The translations under genes and the position numbers were made by a program. Under the pieces are notes generated by a model. It had not been told where the DNA came from. It made no database searches and worked only from the letters and a program-made list of their open reading frames with translations. A stretch of DNA of 63,072 nucleotides, filler included, from Stramenopiles sp. TOSAG23-3 (Eukaryota): assembly GCA_900128585.1 (NCBI GenBank). It is 12 parts of 12 records of this genome, joined end to end, with 100 filler letters (N's around TTAATTAATTAA, not from the genome) between each part and the next. Parts side by side here need not be neighbours in the genome. Positions count along the whole stretch, not along the records: positions 52,669 to 57,821 come from LT643597.1; positions 57,922 to 63,072 come from LT643598.1; 10 more parts are not named here. One strand, written 5' to 3'. Positions 54,905 to 63,072 of this stretch are shown one piece after another. The stretch's first letter is position 1. Every line of letters starts with the position of its first letter.

Positions 54905-56332
54905 TCACTTTCGACGCGATTTCATACTTTCTGTTCCTCCATCGTTTTCAATTATTTCCCCCCAGTGCATTTTCCACTGCTCTTCTGGACTTAAACTGTT
55001 CAACCATTCGTCCGCCCAATTCTCTGTACGAACGCCATACTCTGTTACTTTCTTCCACAACTTCACCCTTGTGTCTCGGTCCGGAAAATTTTGTAGAGGG
55101 GGGGGCCTCGGAAACCAAGAGCGCAGGTACCGAAGAAGTTCTAAGAAAAGCCCTGGGTTCGAATCTAAAACAACAAACTTTGGAGCGCGAAAGTAGTCTT
55201 CCGAAGCTACACTCAACGCATCTGGGCTGTCTTTATCAAAAAAATTCGAAATTAGTGACCCTGGGACAACACATAGGGTTGGTTTTGAGGTCAGTACTCG
55301 TAGACGATGATTTCTTCCTATTTGAATTTCCACGGCAGAGTTCAACCGGCCCAAGTAGTCCCGGAGGACCGCTTTCTCCCCTTCAAATGCCTCGTTCGCC
55401 CGTCTGAGATAATCCTCCATCTTGTCCATTCGCTTTGATTCCATTTCCTGTCCCTGTTCCGATTTCTCAAGATAAAGGCGCTGGGCGTCAAACCGACGAT
55501 GCAGTTCAAACATCATGCCGTTCACATGCTCGTACGTGGCACTTGCGTACTGCATTACTGAGTTGTGGTCCGATAACTCTTCAGACTCTTTCAGGTACGT
55601 GCTGGCATCGGACTCATCATCTTTCTCCACCGGTCGGGCAGGTTCGACTATATCCATGCGTTCAGCGTCAATGTCTACGGCCTCTATGTCGATGTGCTCG
55701 CACTCTGTCACGGGGGCAAGGAAGTAGAGCATATCGTTCTCCATGTCGACGCTCGGCCTTCGTGGGATCCCGGGAAGTTTTTCTATTTTCTTTTCTATCA
55801 AGTGTTTCATAGTTTTTAAAATGGCTTTGAAGTTTTCTGGGTCGCGGTCAATAAAGTACTCGCCCGATGTCCCCAGCGTGGGGACCCTGTACCGTGTGGA
55901 AAATAGAAGTTCCAGCCTGGAACCACGGACAGCCCGCATTTCTCCAAGGGTGGAATCGAACCTTCGCCCACCAATATTCAGTACTACTTTTGTCGTTTCA
56001 GGCAACTGGCGAAACGGGTAAACTGCAAGTTGGCCCTCCCGTTCCGCTATCAAAAATGTTTGAAGTCGCGCCCAATCTTTTCGACGCTGCAAAAGCTTCT
56101 GGCTTTGGAATGAGAGCTTGGTGTAGCGCTCCTTGAAACCCATTCGAATCGATTCTAACCAAGACATGGACGCACATTTGATCATATCGCACGAAGTAAA
56201 AACAATCTCATCCAAGGACATGTCCCCCAGAGGTTTTCTTGGCGGAGCGGAAGATGGTCCCCTCTCCGCGTATTTTAACCGCATCGCTTCTTTTCTTGTC
56301 ACCATTTTGCTTTCTTCCAAAACGCGTTCCAT
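54905..56332 (-). CDS. KCTD-type BTB/POZ (T1) protein with two BTB domains
   Basis: First domain VVLNIGGRRFDSTL...GSRL...YFIDRDPENFKAIL. Second domain VEIQIG...TSKPTLCVVPGSLI...LDSNPGLFLELLRYLR. Confidence 0.85.
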   Translation of the reverse strand: MERVLEESKMVTRKEAMRLKYAERGPSSAPPRKPLGDMSLDEIVFTSCDMIKCASMSWLESIRMGFKERYTKLSFQSQKLLQRRKDWARLQTFLIAEREGQLAVYPFRQLPETTKVVLNIGGRRFDSTLGEMRAVRGSRLELLFSTRYRVPTLGTSGEYFIDRDPENFKAILKTMKHLIEKKIEKLPGIPRRPSVDMENDMLYFLAPVTECEHIDIEAVDIDAERMDIVEPARPVEKDDESDASTYLKESEELSDHNSVMQYASATYEHVNGMMFELHRRFDAQRLYLEKSEQGQEMESKRMDKMEDYLRRANEAFEGEKAVLRDYLGRLNSAVEIQIGRNHRLRVLTSKPTLCVVPGSLISNFFDKDSPDALSVASEDYFRAPKFVVLDSNPGLFLELLRYLRSWFPRPPPLQNFPDRDTRVKLWKKVTEYGVRTENWADEWLNSLSPEEQWKMHWGEIIENDGGTESMKSRRK

Positions 56333-56921
56333 CGTTGCAATGTGAATGTTTCGTTACAATTGAAAATTTAATCAAGAGCTTTCTCCGTACGTCTGAATTT
56401 CGATCTGGCATTATTTAGAACCTGTTCTTCTACTAAAATTTCAAATACTTATACTTCAAACATTTTATGTACCAAGGTATAAGAGAAATGAAAGTCGTCT
56501 ACTCTAAATACGAATTTATAATATTTTTTTTAAAAAATAATAATAAAAAATCATTTTTTTTACAAAACACATGCATGCACAGCAGCAGCATCAGAGGAAG
56601 AAGAAGACCAATAACTACCGTTATATATTAATTATCCATCACATTATTATATATTTTACAGACCAAGACTAAGGTAATAATTCGGAATTCGCATTAATAT
56701 GTCGAATAGAGTGTGTTGCGGATCATCTCTCTCACATTCATATATGCAATTAAGAGAGTACACGAGTAAGAATTCCTGTCATTAGAAAAGTCAAGGAAGC
56801 CGGTTTATAAAGATGTTGCAGATTTGGGGTAGGAAAAATCTACACGAATGAAGAATTGGATGGCAACAGCGGCTTAAGTTTTGATTTCGGGGTGTTTTGT
56901 TGTTGTTTGGAAGAAGTTATT

Positions 56922-57737
56922 ATGGAGGCGAGCACGGAAAATGGTGTAAATAAAGACGTTCCAATAGCAGAGTGGATCAAATCATTAACAACGAAGGCAG
57001 GGGATTTATCTGAAAGCATAAACAGCAACTTGGAACGGGCGGATGGAATTCATATGCGCATAACCCAAAGATCGCCGTCAAAAGCATCAGAGATAGGACT
57101 TGATGCCCCAAACCCAATAAAAGTTAGCGCCGGTGCTGCCACAAAACAAAGCAAACGGGTCAACGTTCAAAAACAATTGCGTATAGCCACGACCAGCGTG
57201 GAGAAAGGGGAAGTGGCATCCGCCCAAGGCTACAAGAATATCGCAAACGCTGACTTGTATGTTAAAACATTAAAGAGTGAAATTAAACGTTTGAGGAAGC
57301 AGTTGCGGAATGAACAGTCGAAACGAGCGGCTGTGATTGAAGAAAATAAACGGATTGGGTCGGATCTGAAGCATTGCGTGGACTATTTCGACATTGTGGC
57401 AAACGAGTACAGCAAAATAAAAGCGCGGAACGAGAATGTGGAAGATCTGATTCGGGAAAACGATCATAACCGGGATAGAATTAAACACTTGTTCGAAAAA
57501 ACCGTGTCATTGCAGAAACTAAATAGCGAGCTGGTCGATACCATCAGTACGGCAATCCACATGCAGGACAAGGACGAGGCGGAATGGCTTAGTGCAGAAA
57601 AACAAAAGAAAGAAGAAGAAACGGCAAAGTTGGCACAGCAGCCGTACATTGTGCCAAAAGACGCCTTTCTAATTACGCGCAAGCAAACCAAGGAAGGCAA
57701 AGGGAAGGTCTCTCCTAGGAATCATTCAGTAGAGTAA
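56922..57737 (+). CDS. Hypothetical coiled-coil protein
   Basis: ATG 56922. Heptad-rich central region YVKTLKSEIKRLRKQL...LQKLNSELV. Confidence 0.7.
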   Translation: MEASTENGVNKDVPIAEWIKSLTTKAGDLSESINSNLERADGIHMRITQRSPSKASEIGLDAPNPIKVSAGAATKQSKRVNVQKQLRIATTSVEKGEVASAQGYKNIANADLYVKTLKSEIKRLRKQLRNEQSKRAAVIEENKRIGSDLKHCVDYFDIVANEYSKIKARNENVEDLIRENDHNRDRIKHLFEKTVSLQKLNSELVDTISTAIHMQDKDEAEWLSAEKQKKEEETAKLAQQPYIVPKDAFLITRKQTKEGKGKVSPRNHSVE

Positions 57738-57921
57738 CACGAAACTCAAGTTCTGAAGAAATAATTCTTCTTTTTTCTTCTTCTTCCTCCCTTTATCCTT
57801 ATATGTTTCATACACAATATANNNNNNNNNNNNNNNNNNNNNNNNNNNNNNNNNNNNNNNNNNNNTTAATTAATTAANNNNNNNNNNNNNNNNNNNNNNN
57901 NNNNNNNNNNNNNNNNNNNNN

Positions 57922-60900
57922 ACGAAATGATCGGCGTGCTACAATTGATCAACAAATTGCACGGCGTCTTCAACGACGACGACATAGACATTATGAAGGA
58001 ATACTGTGCGATGATTTCGACGAGAATGTTATTCGACGATATGGAGGTAGGCGACGGGTCGTTTGGAGGGCCGGAGAAATTTGTAAACAATTGGAAACGT
58101 CAGCGATCGGAGCAGTTTGCGAAGGCAAAAAAGTATTTTAAGTTTTTACATGTTATTGTTGCAAATGCAAAGGAATTAGTTTATGCCACCGACGGCGCGT
58201 TGTTCTTGATGGATGAAGAAAAGGACGAACTTTGGGCAAAACTAGAAGAGGGGGAAGTGCCTAAGCGGGTTTCGATTGGCCATGGGATTGTCGGCATGGC
58301 GGGGAAACATAGAAAATCATTTCTTATTTCTGATACAACGACAGATACGGACTTTTTCAGAGGGGATGAAATTTACAAGACTGGAACGCGTTCAATGATT
58401 GTTGTTCCCGTAGTGAGCACCTCACTGGTTGGTGTCATCGTGTGCCGCAATAAATCGGGGGGGGCGTTTTCGAAATCCGATGTAGCCCTGATGCAGGAAT
58501 TTACTTCGTTTTTGAAAGATAAAGTTCACTTTAATGACATAGACCACGCAAACATTTCGGGTTACGAGGCGCAGGTCAATATGTGGAAACATTCGCGAAC
58601 TGTAGAAGCGGAAAATACCAAACTTCGGTACGACTACCTTCACAATATTTTAAATGAATGTAGAGATTTTCTAGGTGTGGACAGAGCATCTATTTTGTAC
58701 GCCAAAGACGACCGACAGCTAGAAGCACCGACTATGTTAGGGGAATCAGCCTTTGTCATTGCGTTTGGGGAGGGGCTGCTGGGAAAAGTGGCAGTAGACC
58801 AGGAGGCATCTTTTACGAACGACACGAGCCAGAATCGGATGTACAGTTTTCGCTACGATGTGAAGTATGGGTACCAGACCGACGAACTTCTTGTGGCCCC
58901 TATTCTTTCCAAAGATTCAAAGACACTCGCCGTACTGCGATGCGCTAACAAGGTATTGGGAAAGTTTGTACAATCAGACGTCGAAACCATTGCATCCTTC
59001 GCAAAATTCATCGCCCCATACATTCACTATAAAGACATTCACCTTGAAGACATAGCGGACATTATGAAACGAATAAGTGGATGGAAACTTATCCAAGGCG
59101 ATGAACGCGCAGCAATTACAAACCGGCAGTACGCAGCGTCAAAACTAAACACAATAAAGCGAAGGATAGATCAGAACATGTTGTACAGGGCATTTATGCG
59201 GTTTAGGTTGTACGGATCAAAAGCAGAAAACAAAGCGATTGAAAGAAAGGTGATTGAGTTGAAAGAACGATTGGAGACGGAAACGGTCGATGCCTCAACG
59301 CTTCAAGAAACATTGGACGCTTTAAGATCCAGTACAGACAATACAATAGCCGAGCAGGCCGCAGCAAACGAGAAATTAAAGCGTCATTACGAAACTGAAA
59401 TAACGAACCTTCGCCAAACCCAACAGCAGCATCTAGACTCCCTGTCCGAGCAAGTCAGCGCATCCGCGGCCGAAAGGGAGTTGGAGAGTACGTCTAAAAT
59501 GAAGGAGTACCAATCGAAAATGAAGTCTCTGAAATCAGCCCATGCTGAAACCGTCGTCTCGCTGGAAGCCCAACAGAAAGCCCTTATACAAAAGCACAGA
59601 AAATTATCCGGTGATCTAAGATCTTCCTTCGAGAGGAAAATTACTGCTTTACAAAATGAACTCACAACCAAGACAGAAGAATCGTCAGCAAGAAGCTTGG
59701 AGTTGCTCGGAAACAAAGACGTTGAATATCAAGCCATGGAACACCAGTACAAGAGTCAAATTGACAAACTCAAATCCAATTTCCAAGACACGTTGACCAG
59801 GCAGTCGGCACACAACGATGAATTGCTAAAACGGAAAGATCGGGAGTACAAAGATTTAAAGCAAGACATGCAACGGCAGCTTGAAAAGCAAAAAACTAAT
59901 CACAATGATATAATGCAAATGGTGGAGGAGCAGGGGAAGCTTGCCCTGAAAAACAACGATAAAAAATTAGATGAGCTCACAACTCACTACGAAGCAAAAT
60001 TGAAAGCGCTAAGCCAGTCACTCACGGACCAGGAGGCGTTGTCAGCTGCCCAGTCTGACATGACCATACAAAGACACCAGCAGAGCTTGGATGATTCCGA
60101 ACGGCAACTAAACAACAAGCTCAAGTTGATGAAAAAAGCACACGACGCTGCAATGAAAGCAGAGCAGGGCAAAATAGAAGCCTTAAAGGCCGTGATTCAT
60201 GAATTGGAGAGTAAGTTGACGCAAGAGCACCAACACGCGGAAGACATCATTTTGGAAGGAGACAAGAAAGAACAATTGCTTCTTAAAACGTTCAAGGTTG
60301 CAGAAGCGACATGGAAGCGGGAATGGCGAGATAAGGAATCCGGCATTCGCGCCAATCATGGGGCAGAAACAACCCGACTGTGCAATGTTATTGACACCCA
60401 ATCCACCGAGATTGACCAGCTGAAGGCCTCAATTCAAGAATATGCGGCAGACTACAAACAACAACTCGCGGAGAAAGAAGCAACCCTTACCGAGCTGCAC
60501 ATTATGGAAATGGCTTCCGTTCGAACGGCGCATGACCAAAAGCTAACCGAAATGGAATCCCAAAAGCAAGTGGCAGCGGAGAACTCAGAAATACAAATGA
60601 AAAATGCCGAACGGGTATGGCAGGCTACGCTTTCGCAAAAGGTGAATGCTGAACATGACCGTTATGAAAGTGAGATTGGAGACTTGAAGCTTGAACATCA
60701 ACAATCTGTATACGCGCTAAAGGAAAAATTGAATGGACTTACTACATCATTGAAATCACTTCAAGAGTCGTCAAAGGCAACACTAGGTTCTGTTCAGGCA
60801 CAACACAAGCATGAGATTGAGGCGATAACATCACATCATGAGCATGTTTTGACAAACAAACTTGCGGAGGGTATGTTGAAAACGAAAAGTGATTGCAAGA

Positions 60901-63072
60901 ACGAAATTATGCAGATGCAAGAACGGCATGAAACAGAGATCTCTAACTTAATTACGAAACATACCAAACATGTACTTGGGCTGGAGGAAATTCATGTTGC
61001 TCGCACGGAAAAAGCGGTGGCTAACATTCGCCAAAACGTATCCAACAGTTATGAACAGCAGATTGCATCCCTGACCCTAAGCCTGACACAACTAAGAAAC
61101 CACCAAGAGCTGCACCAAGCAGATTACGTAGACCAGGTCTCTAAACTATCCCAAGAAGTGCTACGCTTACAAAACGCGTTAGAAAAAGAACAGCACGAAC
61201 GCGAGAGCCTTGTGCGGGAGCACACATCGGCATTATTTTCGATAGAAGAAGCGCACAGGGTTAGTCGCGAAGAGTTGCGCACAGAGCACCAACGCGCCAT
61301 AGACGTGTCTGTCAGTCGTGCAGTTGAAAAAGTCCGTGTTGGCGAAAAGCGCTTACGGGACGAAATCGAAAATCAGCGAAATCGAGAACACAGTCATTTC
61401 ACGGAAAAAATGGAGACTTTGATCGTCGCACACGAGCATGAAATGCTAAACGTAAAAGCACTGCATTCGAAAGAGGTTCAACAACGAGAAAGTAGGCTGC
61501 AATCACTGAAAGAGTCGGCTATTAAACAGCTACAGGACGACAACGAAATGAATGCGCGAATAGAAATCGAAACCTTGAAAGCAAAGTATGAGGAGCAACT
61601 AGAACATCTACGAGGGCAACTGATTGATTCAAATCGTAAAATGGAGTTGACCATCCAAACACACGCCCAACAAAAGGCAGACGATTCGCGGCGGCATCAG
61701 ATGGCACTACGAGAAGCCGATGAAGTGAGGATAGAAGCAATAAACGCAACTGTGAACAAAAAAGACCAGCAGTTTGAAGAAATGCTCTATTTGGAAAAAC
61801 GAAAGTGGGAAAAACACTCCAGACTTGATGTGCAAACTAGAAGCAAAGATCACAATGATGAGATCCTTTCGTTGAAAAAGACGAGCCAGAACGAAATCCT
61901 AAATCTAGAAAATGCGCTATCGGAAATGATAGCACTGCATACCACCAATATGGACAAACAACATAATCACAACATAAAATACTCACGAACAGTCCGCAGT
62001 TTCATCGCGCGTTCTAGAAGCCAGATTAGCCATTATCTTTGCAGTCTTATGTTTCATCAGTGGAAGGGTAACGCGACTCAAAAGAAACATATGCGTGTCA
62101 AACTAAAACAAGCCGCTAACCGCCTTTTAATTACAAACCGAAGGTTGGCAATTCAAAAGTGGTTCAAATCAACCAGTTTCGAGGGTAAAAAGAAGTCCAT
62201 TTTATGGCGTATGACACTTGCCTTGAGGCGGAAATGTTTAGGGTTAGGATACAATACATGGAAGTGCTGCGTTTTGCGGCAGCGGAAGATTGACATATTT
62301 CGGTCTGCGTGCGTTCGGCATGCGCTGTCATGCTTGAAGTCCGAGACATTTGGCAAATGGAAACATATGCTAAAGGCCAACCGCCTTAGACATGTGGCAA
62401 GTAATGTCATCGAACGGGTAGCTACCACAAATGTGACATTTTCTAAACAGTTAACACTGCACCGTTGGCTGCTGCACATTGCAAAAAAATGTCATGCCAA
62501 ATCACGTTTAAAAAACCTAGTTTCAAGGGCACTGTTCTATAAAGCACAATTACCGTTTCAACATTGGCGCAGCGTGACGAAACGAAAGCGTCGATTGTTC
62601 CAGTTAACGCGGCATTTAATGCTCCGATTACAGCGGAAATTGGGACGCGAAACCTTCCAATGTTGGGCCACCAATGTAAGAAGTATTTCCCAGCAGCGGT
62701 CGGTGGTAAGACGTTTGACAGTCCAATTTCATAACCGATCAAAGTCTTACATATTTCGTTGCTGGCACAAAAACGTGAACAAACGACTCGGGACTCGTAA
62801 ACTGTTTTCTCGTGTCTTTTCCCGTCTTAGTTTGTTCCACCAAAAAGATGCATTTATTATTTGGAATGATTATGCTAGGTTATCTCGCAGCACGAACAAG
62901 TTAATGGCACGAATTGCGCTCCGTATGAAGGGGGCTACGTCACTATATGCATTCGAAACGTGGTACCATAATGCCAGTGAAATACGTCGTCAGCGCGGTG
63001 TTATGGCTCGTATTCGGTTTCGCATGAAATCAAGGGCGGCAGTAGCGGCGTTCAACAATTGGTGCGCCTTTG
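57922..63072 (+). CDS. Both-ends-partial giant protein (>1700 aa): tandem GAF domains, long coiled coil, Sfi1-like 33-aa Trp repeats
   Basis: The frame starting at 57924 reads EMIGVLQLINKLHGVFNDDD at the contig start and AVAAFNNWCAF at the end. The ORF track lists no terminated ORF in this frame, which implies it has no stop. Confidence 0.88.

Noticed and set aside
5181..57921. Regularly spaced TTAATTAATTAA palindromes about every 5.27 kb, and ORFs ending or starting with X...LIN
   Set aside because: Artificial linkers inside N runs. The periodicity comes from length-sorted contigs, and no cross-linker synteny is valid.
1..63072. Alternative genetic code or stop-codon reassignment in the host
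   Set aside because: Conserved genes are uninterrupted and end at TAA (MAT, PDH), TGA (kinase) and TAG (SIAE, NlpC/P60).
1..63072. tRNA, rRNA, snRNA, transposase, integrase or viral hallmark genes
   Set aside because: None recognised by eye; a covariance-model scan would be needed to exclude small RNAs.

Overview
This is not one locus. It is 12 unlinked contigs (5180 down to 5151 bp, strictly decreasing in length) joined by artificial 100-nt linkers (44 N + TTAATTAATTAA + 44 N), so gene order across linkers is meaningless. The DNA is eukaryotic nuclear and gene-dense: mostly intronless GC-richer genes sit between very AT-rich, microsatellite-rich spacers. The genetic code is standard (TAA, TAG and TGA all end real genes), and three clear GT-AG introns carry CTAAC branch points. 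Flagellar genes (RSPH10B-like, CFAP70-like) and secreted glycan/peptidoglycan hydrolases suggest a flagellated phagotrophic protist; a heterotrophic stramenopile is a guess. Recognisable housekeeping genes are PDH E1-alpha, SAM synthetase, RPA43, a SNF1/MARK-type kinase, a Spinster transporter, a CLC and ataxin-10-like. Highlights: (1) a >1700-codon ORF missing from the ORF track, with tandem GAF domains, a long coiled coil and Sfi1-like Trp repeats at 33-aa spacing; (2) a secreted GH43 + GH56 hyaluronidase-like fusion; (3) an AT-rich repeat family just downstream of genes on several independent contigs, often beside orphan gene fragments (M23 peptidase, RCC1); (4) a 26-bp duplication that removes a likely GPI signal from an Asp-box protein; (5) two genes needing a +1 shift at homopolymers; (6) bacterial-type NlpC/P60 and HTTM genes. 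All family calls come from motifs recognised by eye; no searches were run.
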